DNA from: Minisyncoccia bacterium
GTDB lineage: Bacteria; Patescibacteriota; Minisyncoccia; UBA6257; 2-01-FULL-56-20
Direction of reading: 5' to 3'
Assembly (NCBI GenBank): GCA_050008535.1
Contig: JBEKML010000001.1
Coordinates: forward strand, 391,050 to 455,049
DNA length: 64,000 bases
A program made the translations under genes and the position numbers. Below, piece after piece: positions 47,032 through 57,431 of this stretch. Position 1 is the stretch's first letter, and each line of letters begins with the position of its first letter. Below the pieces are notes generated by a model that was not told the origin of the DNA, did no database searches, and was given only the letters and a program-made list of their open reading frames with translations.

Positions 47032-47574
47032 ATGAAAATAGTAAATATCGTGCTTGCAATCGGTACGCTCATCATCTTGGGGGCGCTCATCACGCTGGGC
47101 ATCAAGGCGTTCTATCCCGAACCCGTGGCGCCGGATTATTCGACGATCATGAAACCAATACCGGCGTACGCGCCGACGCCCTGCGCGGCGAACGACACGC
47201 AGTGCAAAAAAGAATTGGCGGATTACAATATGCAGCAGCAGGCGCAGCAGGAGCAGTATAATGCCGCCCAGAAAACATACGAGGATGCGATGAAGCTCTA
47301 CAATAGAAATGTTTTCATCGCGGCAAACATCATCGGCATCGTTGTTTTTGTCGTCGGATTTCTGCTTGTGCTCTATGCCGGCCTCGCGGGCCAGGGGGCG
47401 CCCATCGGCATCATGATGGCGGGTCTTTGGGGCATCATCTACGGCTATATGCGCGGTTGGGACAGTATCGACGACAAGCTCAAGTTCTTTGTGGGGCTCG
47501 TGATCGCGGTGCTCGTGATCGGCGGCAGTATATGGCTCATACAGCGCCGTCAGGGACGGTCATCCGCCGCATGA
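47032..47574 (+). CDS. membrane protein
   Basis: Four TM segments; FYPEP. Confidence 0.75.
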   Translation: MKIVNIVLAIGTLIILGALITLGIKAFYPEPVAPDYSTIMKPIPAYAPTPCAANDTQCKKELADYNMQQQAQQEQYNAAQKTYEDAMKLYNRNVFIAANIIGIVVFVVGFLLVLYAGLAGQGAPIGIMMAGLWGIIYGYMRGWDSIDDKLKFFVGLVIAVLVIGGSIWLIQRRQGRSSAA

Positions 47575-47598
47575 CCCGGATAAAGTAAAACAAAAACA

Positions 47599-48591
47599 AT
47601 GCTGAACCCCGCCGCAAAACTGAATCCGAGGTTGTTCGACGAAACGGTTGAACGAAAGCCGACGCGCGACGGTTACGGCGAGGGCTTGGTCGTGGCGGGA
47701 GAAAAAAACAGGAACGTCGTCGCGCTCTGCGCGGACCTGAGGGAATCCACGCGTACGGAGCCGTTCGCGAAAAAATTTCCGGAGCGGTTTTTCGAGCTCG
47801 GCGTCGCGGAACAGAACATGGCGGCCATCGCGGCAGGCCTCGGCGTCTCCGGTAAAATTCCGTTCATTGCATCCTTCGCGACGTTTTCTCCCGGCCGCAA
47901 TTGGGAGCAGATACGCACGACGATCGCGTACAACGATGCGAACGTGAAGATCGCCGGGCATCACGCGGGCATCTCCGTGGGTCCCGACGGGGCGACGCAC
48001 CAGGCGACGGAGGACATAGCGATGATGCGTGCGATGCCGAATATGAAAGTGTTCGTACCATGCGATGCGATCGAGGGGCGGAAGGCGACGCTTGCCGCAG
48101 CGCATATTTGGGGGCCGATCTATTTGCGTTTAGAGCGCGAGAAGACGCCGATCATGACGACCGATCAAACGCCGTACACGCCCGGGAAAGCGGAAATTTT
48201 CTGGCAATCAAAAAAGCCCGAGGTGCTTTTGATCGGCTGCGGCGGCCTTCTCTATAACGTGCTTCTCGCCGCGCGGGAATTGGAGAAAGAGAAGATCGGC
48301 AGCGTTGTTTTGAATTGCCACACGATAAAGCCGATTGACGAGAAAAAGATCGTGGAACTTGCAAAGAAGATCGGCGCGGTCGTGACGGTTGAAGAACATC
48401 AGACGCAGGGCGGCTTGGGCGGCGCGGTGGCCGAGGTGCTCGCGAAGCACGCGCCCGTGCCCATGGAATTCATCGGTCTCCAGGACACCTTCGGCGAATC
48501 CGGTCCGCCGGACGCGCTTATCGAGAAATACGGCATGAGCGCAAAAGACATCAAAGCCGCGGCAAAACGGGCGGTGAGGAGAAAAAGATAA
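47599..48591 (+). CDS. tkt: transketolase C-terminal subunit
   Basis: GVAEQNM, DGATHQ, EEH...GGLG. Confidence 0.93.
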   Translation: MLNPAAKLNPRLFDETVERKPTRDGYGEGLVVAGEKNRNVVALCADLRESTRTEPFAKKFPERFFELGVAEQNMAAIAAGLGVSGKIPFIASFATFSPGRNWEQIRTTIAYNDANVKIAGHHAGISVGPDGATHQATEDIAMMRAMPNMKVFVPCDAIEGRKATLAAAHIWGPIYLRLEREKTPIMTTDQTPYTPGKAEIFWQSKKPEVLLIGCGGLLYNVLLAARELEKEKIGSVVLNCHTIKPIDEKKIVELAKKIGAVVTVEEHQTQGGLGGAVAEVLAKHAPVPMEFIGLQDTFGESGPPDALIEKYGMSAKDIKAAAKRAVRRKR

Positions 48592-48595
48592 TTCC

Positions 48596-48754
48596 GTGAT
48601 CAAAAAGATCGGCAGAAAGTATATTGTGCTTTCGGAGACGACCGGACGCTCATTTGGCACCTATAAAACAAAGGCGGAGGCGCAGAAGCGCCTGCGGCAA
48701 ATTGAATTTTTCAAACATTTGAAAGGAAAAACGGCGACGAAGCGCCGCGCATAA
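48596..48754 (+). CDS. small basic protein (52 aa)
   Basis: GTG start; IKKIGRKYIVLSETTGRSFGTYKTKAEAQKRLRQIEFFKHLK...; fills the intergenic gap. Confidence 0.7.
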   Translation: MIKKIGRKYIVLSETTGRSFGTYKTKAEAQKRLRQIEFFKHLKGKTATKRRA

Positions 48755-48771
48755 GGTATAATAGAAGCACC

Positions 48772-49773
48772 ATGAAGCGAAAATATGATCTGGTGTGCGT
48801 GGGCGACGCAGTGATAGACGCTTTTATCCAACTGCACGAAGCGTCGGTGCATTGCGCTTTGCGCCATGAGGATTGCCAGCTTTGCATGTCGTTTGGGACA
48901 AAAATACCATATGAGTCGCTTATCGTCGCGCCCGCAGTGGGAAACGCATCAAACGTGGCAGTGGGCGCAAGCCGCCTGGGGCTTGAGACGGCCATCGTGA
49001 CCGCCATCGGGAAGGATCACTACGGCGAGGAGATCCTTGATGTGTACCGCAAAGAAGGCGTTTCGCCGGAGTTCGTGAGGGTGAACCGCGGGAAGCCGAC
49101 GAACTATCATTTTGTGCTTACCTTCCAGGCGGAACGGACGATCCTTATCAAGCACGAAAAGTATGAATATACGGACCCGTGTTTGTTGGACCGGCGGACA
49201 GACTGGGTCTATTTTTCTTCCATCGCCGAGCATACGCTGCCCTTCCATCATAAGGTGGCGGGTTACATGAAGCGGCATCCCGATGTGCGGATGGGATTCA
49301 ATCCGGGCACGTTCCAGCTGCGGTTCGGCGCGGACAAACTGAAGGATATTTACAAACACACCTACGTACTTTTTCTGAATCGTGAGGAAGCGGAGCTCGT
49401 CCTGAAGAAAAAAGAGGGGACGGACATCCATGCGCTTTTTAAGGGGTTGCACAAACTTGGGCCGAAGGTCGTTGCGATCACGGACGGGCCGGATGGCGCT
49501 TATGCCTCCGACGGTAATGCATGCTATTTCATGCCGCCGTATCCTGACCCACGGCCGCCGATCTCGCGGACCGGCGCAGGCGATGCGTTCTCCACCGGAT
49601 TTTTGTGCGCCTTGATCTACGGCCTGCCAGTGCACGAGGCGTTGCGCTGGGCGCCGATTGAATCCATGCACGTGGTGCAATTCTTCGGTGCGCAGACCGG
49701 CCTCCTTTCCAAACAAAAACTGATGCAGTTCCTGAAAAAAGCGCCGAAAAATTATCGCGCAAAAATTATATAG
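48772..49773 (+). CDS. PfkB family carbohydrate kinase
   Basis: GNASNVA, LNREEA, TGAGDAF. Confidence 0.9.
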   Translation: MKRKYDLVCVGDAVIDAFIQLHEASVHCALRHEDCQLCMSFGTKIPYESLIVAPAVGNASNVAVGASRLGLETAIVTAIGKDHYGEEILDVYRKEGVSPEFVRVNRGKPTNYHFVLTFQAERTILIKHEKYEYTDPCLLDRRTDWVYFSSIAEHTLPFHHKVAGYMKRHPDVRMGFNPGTFQLRFGADKLKDIYKHTYVLFLNREEAELVLKKKEGTDIHALFKGLHKLGPKVVAITDGPDGAYASDGNACYFMPPYPDPRPPISRTGAGDAFSTGFLCALIYGLPVHEALRWAPIESMHVVQFFGAQTGLLSKQKLMQFLKKAPKNYRAKII

Positions 49774-49794
49774 CGCGGCAAATTTTCCTGCTCC

Positions 49795-50673
49795 ATGAAA
49801 ACCCTCCGTGAAACACTTGTTGATGCCGATGCCCGCCGCGTTGCCGTGGGACATTTCAATATTTCCGAACTCGCTGCGCTCAAAGGGATCTTTGAAGCTG
49901 CGCGCGAGCAGAACGTTCCGGTTTTGATCGGCGTTTCGGAAGGGGAGCGTGAGTTCGTCGGGGTGCGCCAGGCGGCCGCGCTCGTAAAAAGCTTGCGCGA
50001 AGAATACGACTTCCCGATCTTTTTGAATGCCGACCATACGCACTCACTGGATAAAGCAAAGGAGGCCGCCGAGGCCGGTTTTGACGAAATACTTTTTGAC
50101 GGCTCGGCGCTGCCGATGGAAGAAAATATCCGGCAAACCGTGGAGGCGGTGAAAATTATCCGCTCAATAAACCCAAATATCGTTATTGAAGGGGAGATCG
50201 GCTACCTCGGTCCTTCGTCAGAGATCGTGGCGGAGCGCCCCGCAGAGTCGCTCAAGTTTTCCACGCCGGAGGAAGCCGCGCGGTTCGTAGAGGCGACGGG
50301 CGTGGACGCGCTCGCGCCTGCCGTCGGCAACATGCACGGGCTTCTCGCGAAGATGGTGACGGGCGAAGAGCATAAGCGCTTGGATATCGCGCGGATCGTG
50401 GAGATAAAAAAAGCGATTGCCGCGGCGGGTTGCCGGTTTATGACGCTGCACGGCGGTTCCGGCACCGCTGACGAGGATTTCAAGGCGGCTGTTGCGGCCG
50501 GCATGACGATCGTCCATGTTTCAAGCGAGCTCCGCCTCGCCTGGCGCCGCGGCGTGGGGGAAGGCCTTGCAATGAATCCAAACGAAATCGCCCCGTATAA
50601 AATCCTTCCGCCGGCGGTCGCGGGGATAAAGAAGATCGTGGCGGATCGGCTCAAACTTTTCAACGGACGCTGA
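49795..50673 (+). CDS. fba: class II fructose-bisphosphate aldolase
   Basis: NADH, FDGS, EGEIG, GNMHG, LHGGSG. Confidence 0.9.
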   Translation: MKTLRETLVDADARRVAVGHFNISELAALKGIFEAAREQNVPVLIGVSEGEREFVGVRQAAALVKSLREEYDFPIFLNADHTHSLDKAKEAAEAGFDEILFDGSALPMEENIRQTVEAVKIIRSINPNIVIEGEIGYLGPSSEIVAERPAESLKFSTPEEAARFVEATGVDALAPAVGNMHGLLAKMVTGEEHKRLDIARIVEIKKAIAAAGCRFMTLHGGSGTADEDFKAAVAAGMTIVHVSSELRLAWRRGVGEGLAMNPNEIAPYKILPPAVAGIKKIVADRLKLFNGR

Positions 50674-50674
50674 T

Positions 50675-50844
50675 CGTGCCAGGTGGGTTGAGGAACCGCG
50701 CTCCGGACTCGAGAAATCTAACTCGCTCATATACGAAAAAATGCCGCCCTCTCGCGCTTCGCACGGGGGCACCCGGCATTTTTTCTATTCGCTCGTTGAT
50801 TTCTTTCTCGTCCTCCGCGATGGTTCCTCAACCCACCTGGCACG
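50675..50844. repeat. 170-bp rod-like palindromic element (MITE-like or structured RNA)
   Basis: Perfect 23-bp terminal IR CGTGCCAGGTGGGTTGAGGAACC; internal stems GAAAAAATGCCG/CGGCATTTTTTC. Confidence 0.8.
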
Positions 50845-50845
50845 G

Positions 50846-51427
50846 TCAAGCTGTTGTAATAGTTTTTTTGAGCCCAAACTTTATCGCGATTAGAATGGAT
50901 AGGCTCGCCAGGCAAATATAAAACGGGAAGGCTAACAGAATAAGATTGAAGCTGCCGACGGCTACGCAAGCGAAGAAACCCCCAAGAAAAGTAAGTAGCC
51001 AGGAGCTGATCGTTTCTGTTGTGGGATATTCATAGGCTTTTATGGTGGTTAAAACGGCGCCGATTGCATCAATAAATATCACCACAAACAGTGCTACGGC
51101 GGCTTCTCCGGTAAAATACCAAAGAATCAGACCGATGACCGCACCGATCAGGCCGATGATATCTCTTTTATTTAATCCTCCCAATCCATATTTGATGGCC
51201 AATAAGAAGATCAATGTATCGCCCACAGCTTGGGCACCCGTCATGATCAAAGACCACGATGCCCCCTTGGCCAGTTGGGAGAAAAGAGAGATCAAACCCA
51301 ATATGGCCCATATCAACCAAGAAGCTCTTTCTGGCTTTGTCTTCAGTAAGAAAATATCCCTCAAATAAGGGACGAAAGATAATAAAATCGCTATCCCGGA
51401 GAAGTATCCTGCCAGTTGTGTAACCAT
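50846..51427 (-). CDS. multi-TM membrane protein (PQ-loop-like)
   Basis: PY...KP.RASW.IW, PT.E...W. Confidence 0.75.
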   Translation of the reverse strand: MVTQLAGYFSGIAILLSFVPYLRDIFLLKTKPERASWLIWAILGLISLFSQLAKGASWSLIMTGAQAVGDTLIFLLAIKYGLGGLNKRDIIGLIGAVIGLILWYFTGEAAVALFVVIFIDAIGAVLTTIKAYEYPTTETISSWLLTFLGGFFACVAVGSFNLILLAFPFYICLASLSILIAIKFGLKKTITTA

Positions 51428-51506
51428 TGTTTTATTTTAACACCAAATAATTTTTAAGGATTTTGATGCTTGCGGTGCGGAAAAATCCTTGCTATACTCC
51501 TTACCA

Positions 51507-52211
51507 ATGGACTTAGCCGTGCAAAAACGGGAAAAATTTGGGAGACAGACGAAGGCGCTCCGGGCGGAGGGCCTGATTCCTGCCGAACTCTACGGCCACG
51601 GCCTTGCGAACATCCACCTTTCGGTGCCGGTGAAAGATTTTACAAAAGTATTCAAGGAGGCGGGGATGAATACGGTGGTTACGCTGCTTGTTGAAAAAGA
51701 CAAGAGGCCGGCGCTCATTTACGAGGTGATGCACGACGCGATCACTGGCGAAGTGGCGCATGTTGATTTTTATCAGGTGAGAATGGACGAAAAGATCAAG
51801 GCGAAAGTGCCGCTTGAATTTACGGGCGAGGCGCCGGCGGTAAAAGAGAAGGGGGCTATTTTGAACAAATCTATGTCCGAGGTTGAGGTTGAGGCGTTGC
51901 CGCAGGACCTGCCGCACAAGCTTCTTGTTGACCTCGCGGCGCTTGACGATGTTAATAAGAGCATATACGTGCGCGATCTTGTGGTGCCGAAAGGAGTTGA
52001 GGTGCTTATTGAGGAAAATACGGCGGTCGCAACCGCGACGCCGCCTGCGCCGAAGGAGGAAGAAAAGGTTGTTGAAGAACCTGTCGTGGATGTGTCTGCG
52101 GTGAAAGTGGAAGGGGAAGAGAAAAAAGCGGAGCGCGCAGCAGAGAAGGTGGAGAAAACGGGAAAAACCGAAAAGGCAGAAGGGAGGGCCGAGAAAGCCG
52201 ATACCAAATAG
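51507..52211 (+). CDS. rplY: 50S ribosomal protein L25 (CTC form)
   Basis: LR.EG.IPAELYG, HVDFY, LP.DLP. Confidence 0.95.
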   Translation: MDLAVQKREKFGRQTKALRAEGLIPAELYGHGLANIHLSVPVKDFTKVFKEAGMNTVVTLLVEKDKRPALIYEVMHDAITGEVAHVDFYQVRMDEKIKAKVPLEFTGEAPAVKEKGAILNKSMSEVEVEALPQDLPHKLLVDLAALDDVNKSIYVRDLVVPKGVEVLIEENTAVATATPPAPKEEEKVVEEPVVDVSAVKVEGEEKKAERAAEKVEKTGKTEKAEGRAEKADTK

Positions 52212-52228
52212 CCCCCGCTTCCGTTATA

Positions 52229-53704
52229 ATGGGAGTAATGCGGAGGTGCTTAAAACCTGCTGTTCTTGGCGACGTCATACCGCCGTCCGCGCGTTGGGGG
52301 CGGCGCTGGAGCGCGTTTGAAAATCCGTCCCTGCGGATCAATCTGTCCTATAAAAGGGCGTTCCGGATTCCTGTCATCGGATCGTTGCGGACGCTCATTG
52401 CTCTCGGGGCAACCGTTTTTTTGATCTTCGGTTCGGTTGCGGCACCGACGATCTTCACGCGCGCTCAGGGAGACGCAACGACGACGGATGCCACCGTGGA
52501 ACGCGCCCAGCTTCAAGACCAATTGCAGCAGCTTGAAACGCAGATCAATCAATACGAGGGGCAGGTTACGAGCTACGAGAAACAAGGGAATACCCTGAAT
52601 GGGGAGATTTCCCAATTGAACGCAAAGATCGCCAAGCTGAATCTTCAGATCCAAGCGACCAACCTCACCATCGCTCAACTGAACAATCAGATTGCAAGTA
52701 CGCAGTCGCAGATCACGGTCACGCAGGCGGATATCATAGACAAAAAAACCTCGATCGGGGGGCTCATACAGAGCTTGTATGAAACCGACCAGATGAGCCT
52801 CATGGAGATCTTTTTGAAAAACCCGCACCTTTCGGATTTTTGGAGCGATACCCAGAATATCGCGTTGGTACAGGATAATTTGCGGGTGGCGGTGCAGCAG
52901 ATCACCGATCTTCAAGGCCAGCTTCAGGACCAGGAGCAACAGTTCCAGGCGTCGAAAAGTGACGCAGCAAGCGCGGCTGCGTATCAGCGGACGCAGGTAG
53001 CCGGGGTCGCGGACACCAAGAACCAAAAAGCGCAGCTTCTCACGGAAACAAAAGGACAGGAATCAAAGTACCAGGCATTGCTTGTGCAGACCAAAGCGAC
53101 CGCGGCGCAGATCAGGAGCCGCATCTTCCAGCTCCTGGGGGGTGGCGAGCTTTCTTTTGAGCAGGCCTACCAGTACGCCAAGCTCGCTTCAAGCGCCACG
53201 GGGATTGATGCCGCTTTTATCCTTGCCATTTTGGACCGCGAGTCGGCGCTCGGCCAGAACGTCGGACAGTGCAACTATAAAACGGCTATGAGCCCATCTA
53301 ATACCCCGATCTTTCTCACGATCGTGGGGCAGCTCAAGCTTGACCCGAACACCATGATGGTTTCCTGCCCGAACGCCGACGGCGCATACGGGGGCGCGAT
53401 GGGGCCGGCGCAGTTCGTCCCTTCCACGTGGGAGCTTTATGCGGCGGGCGTTGCAAAAATCACCGGGAACAATCCTTCTTCGCCATGGAACAATGCCGAT
53501 GCCTTCGTTGCGACAGCGCTCTATTTGAAAGATGCCATGGTCGGCTGCAAATCGGTGTATAGCTCAACCGTCAGCCAGGAGCGTTGCACTGCCGCAAAAT
53601 ACTACGCCGGAGGCCGCTGGAAGAACTACCTGTGGACCTACGGGGAGGCCGTCGTTGATCGGGCGCAAAGCTTTATGGACGACATCAAAACCATCACCTC
53701 ATGA
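52229..53704 (+). CDS. coiled-coil lytic transglycosylase
   Basis: Long coiled coil; RES, GAMGPAQFVPSTW. Confidence 0.85.
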   Translation: MGVMRRCLKPAVLGDVIPPSARWGRRWSAFENPSLRINLSYKRAFRIPVIGSLRTLIALGATVFLIFGSVAAPTIFTRAQGDATTTDATVERAQLQDQLQQLETQINQYEGQVTSYEKQGNTLNGEISQLNAKIAKLNLQIQATNLTIAQLNNQIASTQSQITVTQADIIDKKTSIGGLIQSLYETDQMSLMEIFLKNPHLSDFWSDTQNIALVQDNLRVAVQQITDLQGQLQDQEQQFQASKSDAASAAAYQRTQVAGVADTKNQKAQLLTETKGQESKYQALLVQTKATAAQIRSRIFQLLGGGELSFEQAYQYAKLASSATGIDAAFILAILDRESALGQNVGQCNYKTAMSPSNTPIFLTIVGQLKLDPNTMMVSCPNADGAYGGAMGPAQFVPSTWELYAAGVAKITGNNPSSPWNNADAFVATALYLKDAMVGCKSVYSSTVSQERCTAAKYYAGGRWKNYLWTYGEAVVDRAQSFMDDIKTITS

Positions 53705-54972
53705 CCCATTTCAGAAAAATTATTTTCAAAAACGGTTTGCGCTTGATCCTTGCGCCGCAGCGGAGCGGCCTTGCGGCGAGCGTTTTGATCCTTGTGGAAG
53801 CAGGGTCGGAATATGAAAAAAAGGAGATTAACGGCCTTTCGCATTTCCTTGAGCATATGATGTTCAAGGGTACGACGAACCGGCCGCGCGTCGGACAGAT
53901 CGCGGAAGAACTCGCGGCGTTAGGGGCGCAGTCCAACGCTTTTACCACGCAGGAATTCACCGGCTATTGGGCGAAGGCCGAAGCGCGGAAGCTTCCGAAG
54001 ATCCTGGATATTGTGTCGGACCTCTATCTGAACCCGCTTTTTGTGCCGGAAGAGATCGAAAAGGAACGGGGCGTGATCATTGAGGAGCTCAATATGTACG
54101 AGGACACGCCGATGCGGAAGGTGCAAGATATTTTTCTTTCGCTCATGTACGGCGACCAGCCTGCGGGGTGGGACGTCGGCGGCACCAAGGAGGTTATCAG
54201 AAAATTGGCGCGCGAGGATTTTGTGGCTTATCGCGGCGAGCGGTACGTGATGCCGGGAACTGCCGTCGTGGTTGCGGGAAGCTTCAACGAGAAGGCGGTC
54301 ATACAACAAGTGCAAAAGGCGTTTGCTAACCTCAAGCGCCGCCCGGTCCAAGGGAAACCAAAGACCCGCGAGCACCAGAAAAAGCCGGCCCTTCTTCTTA
54401 AACTGAAAGAATCCGACCAGGGGCACCTTGTGCTTGGGTTCCGCGCGTTCGATATTTTCGACAAGCGGCGGTACGCGCTCCAGGCGCTTGCCGATGTCCT
54501 GGGCGGCGGGATGAGCTCGCGGCTTTGGAAGCGGGTGCGCGACGAACTGGGTGCCGCGTATTATGTGCACGCGGATGCCGAGCTTTCCCTTGATCACGGG
54601 GTGTTCGGGATCTCTGCCGGCGTGGATCATGCGAAGATCCAAACGGTCATTCAGGCCGTTCTTGAAGAGTGCAGAAAATTGCGCGACGAAGCGGTCCCCG
54701 AAAAAGAGTTGCAGAGGTCAAAGGACCATCTCATCGGGAACCTCATCCTCGGCCTTGAGACCTCCGATGAGCTCGCAAGCTTTTACGGGGGGCAGGAAAT
54801 CCTTACGAAAGCGCTTTTGCCGCCGGAGAAGATTATAGATAGAATGAATAAAGTGACCGCGGCGGAGGTGCGGTCGGTTGCGAGGGCTATCTTTAAGAGC
54901 AAGGGGCTTAACCTTGCGATCATTGGTCCCTACCGCAATCGGGCGATGTTTGAAAAAAATCTTATGGTGTAA
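53701..54972 (+). CDS. M16 family peptidase
   Basis: HFLEHMMFKGT, MSSRL. Confidence 0.93.
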   Translation: MTHFRKIIFKNGLRLILAPQRSGLAASVLILVEAGSEYEKKEINGLSHFLEHMMFKGTTNRPRVGQIAEELAALGAQSNAFTTQEFTGYWAKAEARKLPKILDIVSDLYLNPLFVPEEIEKERGVIIEELNMYEDTPMRKVQDIFLSLMYGDQPAGWDVGGTKEVIRKLAREDFVAYRGERYVMPGTAVVVAGSFNEKAVIQQVQKAFANLKRRPVQGKPKTREHQKKPALLLKLKESDQGHLVLGFRAFDIFDKRRYALQALADVLGGGMSSRLWKRVRDELGAAYYVHADAELSLDHGVFGISAGVDHAKIQTVIQAVLEECRKLRDEAVPEKELQRSKDHLIGNLILGLETSDELASFYGGQEILTKALLPPEKIIDRMNKVTAAEVRSVARAIFKSKGLNLAIIGPYRNRAMFEKNLMV

Positions 54973-54977
54973 TCACA

Positions 54978-55985
54978 ATGGAGAAACAACGGTACGAAAT
55001 CTCATGGGCAAGCTTGTGGCGGATACTTATCTTCATCGTCTTAGTGGCGATCTTTTACGAGGGGAGACAGATCGTGCTTGGTCTTTTTCTTGCCATCATT
55101 ATTTCTTCCGGTCTTGAGGGGCTGGTGAATTTCCTTGAACGCATAGGGCTTCCGCGGAGCGTAGGCGTCATATTGATATTCCTGGTCTCTGTTTTTTTTG
55201 TTATGTTCGTTCTCTATTCTTTGGTGCCGGTCATCATTGTGGAATTGAACACCATCTTCTCCACCACCGGAAAAGTGGCTACGGGAAGCCTGGGAACGTT
55301 TTTGAGCTTGAACACGTCGCAATCGATGAGTGGGCTCGTAGGCAAGCTCTCTTCCGCGTTTTTTGCGGGAGGCTCGCCGCTTGACTTTTTATCAAATGCC
55401 ATTGGAAGCGTCGGACTTGCCATCGCCGTCATCCTTTGCTCGTTCTATTTGAGCTTGAGCAAGGACGGGGTGGAGCGGTTCCTCAAGGTGGTGATCCCGC
55501 CGGCGTACGAAGAGACCGCGCTTAAGATCTACGATCGCTCAAGGAAGCTTATTAGTTCGTGGTTCCGCACCCAGATTCTTCTGAGCTTCATCTTCGGATT
55601 CACCGTCTGGGCGGGGCTTACCGTTCTCGGCGTAAAATACGCGTTGCTTATCGCATTTCTCGCGGGGCTCTTCGAGCTCGTGCCGTTCGTGGGGCCGTTC
55701 CTTTCGGGCGCGCTTGCGGTGATTTCCGCGCTTTCGACCTCCAACACGCTTGCGATCTATACCCTGATCTTTTTTGTCATTGCCGAACAATTTGAGGCCA
55801 ATGTCCTCGTGCCGATCCTGAACCAGCAGATGGTGGGGCTGCATCCGGTGATCGTCATTGTCGCATTGCTCATCGGCGCCGAAGTGGGTGGCATTTTGGG
55901 CATCGTCATTTCGGTTCCGGCTGCGGGCGTGTTCCAGGAGGTCATCCAGGAGTGGTCGACGAAGAAACGAGCGGCAGCCGGGTAG
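54978..55985 (+). CDS. AI-2E family transporter
   Basis: LVPFVGP, EANVLVP, LHP. Confidence 0.88.
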   Translation: MEKQRYEISWASLWRILIFIVLVAIFYEGRQIVLGLFLAIIISSGLEGLVNFLERIGLPRSVGVILIFLVSVFFVMFVLYSLVPVIIVELNTIFSTTGKVATGSLGTFLSLNTSQSMSGLVGKLSSAFFAGGSPLDFLSNAIGSVGLAIAVILCSFYLSLSKDGVERFLKVVIPPAYEETALKIYDRSRKLISSWFRTQILLSFIFGFTVWAGLTVLGVKYALLIAFLAGLFELVPFVGPFLSGALAVISALSTSNTLAIYTLIFFVIAEQFEANVLVPILNQQMVGLHPVIVIVALLIGAEVGGILGIVISVPAAGVFQEVIQEWSTKKRAAAG

Positions 55986-56002
55986 CGGAACGGCGCGTAC
56001 CG

Positions 56003-57430
56003 ATGGATCGTTTTTATATCACAACGCCGATCTATTACGTGAACGATAAGCCGCATATCGGCCATGCGTACACGACGATCGTGGCGGATGTCCTTGCACG
56101 CTCACGGGCAGCGTACGGTGAGGATGTGGTTTTTTTAACGGGCACCGACGAGTTTGCGCAGAAAACGGTGGATGCGGCAAAAAAAGCGGGGGAGGAGATC
56201 CGCGCTTACACCGACCGGATGGCCGACCTTTGGCGTTCCACGTGGGAGAAGCTCGGTATCTCAAACACCGATTTTATACGGACCACGGAACAGCGGCACA
56301 TTGAAACGGTGAGAGAAATTTGGGCGCGCGTCGCGGCCGACGGGGACATTTATAAAGGCAAGTACGAGGGACTTTATTGCAAGGGCCACGAGGCGTTTAT
56401 GAGCGAGGATGAATTGGTGGACGGCCTTTGTCCCGACCACAAGACGAGGCCCGAACTCGTTTCCGAAGAGAATTATTTCTTCCGTCTTTCGAAGTATCAA
56501 AAGCAGCTTTTGGAGTTTTACGAGGCCCACGGGGAATTCGTCGTGCCCGCGAACCGCTTCAATGAGGTAAAAAGTTTCGTGGAGCGGGGGTTGGAAGACA
56601 TCAGCGTTTCGCGGGAGAAACGTGAGTGGGGGATTCCGGTGCCCGACGATCCGAATCAGGTGATTTACGTTTGGTTCGATGCACTTGTCAATTATGTTTC
56701 GGCAGTCGGCCTTGAGGGTTGGGAAAATCATCCGGCGGATATCCACGCTATGGGGAAGGATATTACCCGCTTTCATGCGGTAATCTGGCCAGCGATGCTC
56801 ATGTCGGCGGGGCTCCCGCTTCCCGGGCAGGTGATCGCGCACGGCTTTTTTACGATCGATGGCACAAAGATCTCGAAATCGCTTGGAAATGTGATTGATC
56901 CGCTGGATTTGAAAAAAAAATACGGGAACGATGCGATTCGCTACTTCCTCCTCCGCGAGATTCCTTTCGGCGCCGACGGGGATTTTTCCGAAACGAAGCT
57001 CAAAGAGCGGTACAACGCCGACCTCGCGAACGGACTTGGCAATTTCGCCGCGCGGGTGCTTGCGCTTGCGGAGAAGGAGGAATTGAAGCTTGGCAAGCTT
57101 GACCCGGAATTTGAAACGCAGATCGGCGGGATGAAGCGCACGGTTGCGGAAAAACTGGGTGAATTCAAATTTTCGGAGGCGCTTGCCGCGATCTGGGCCG
57201 CGATCTCTTTTGGTGACCGCTTCGTGAACGAGAAAAAGATATGGGAAATAAAAGATGGCGAAGCGCGCAAGCAAGCCCTCTTTGACCTTGTTTCGCTGCT
57301 TGATAACATTGCCGCCGTACTCCTGCCGTTTCTGCCAGATGCCTCGGTAAAGATCAGTAAGGCGCTCGCTTGGGAAGGGGATGTTCTCCGGGCCAAAAAG
57401 ACAGAAACGCTTTTCCCGCGGCTCAAGTAA
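56003..57430 (+). CDS. metG: methionyl-tRNA synthetase
   Basis: HIGH, YVWFDAL, KISKS. Confidence 0.96.
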   Translation: MDRFYITTPIYYVNDKPHIGHAYTTIVADVLARSRAAYGEDVVFLTGTDEFAQKTVDAAKKAGEEIRAYTDRMADLWRSTWEKLGISNTDFIRTTEQRHIETVREIWARVAADGDIYKGKYEGLYCKGHEAFMSEDELVDGLCPDHKTRPELVSEENYFFRLSKYQKQLLEFYEAHGEFVVPANRFNEVKSFVERGLEDISVSREKREWGIPVPDDPNQVIYVWFDALVNYVSAVGLEGWENHPADIHAMGKDITRFHAVIWPAMLMSAGLPLPGQVIAHGFFTIDGTKISKSLGNVIDPLDLKKKYGNDAIRYFLLREIPFGADGDFSETKLKERYNADLANGLGNFAARVLALAEKEELKLGKLDPEFETQIGGMKRTVAEKLGEFKFSEALAAIWAAISFGDRFVNEKKIWEIKDGEARKQALFDLVSLLDNIAAVLLPFLPDASVKISKALAWEGDVLRAKKTETLFPRLK

Positions 57431-57431
57431 T

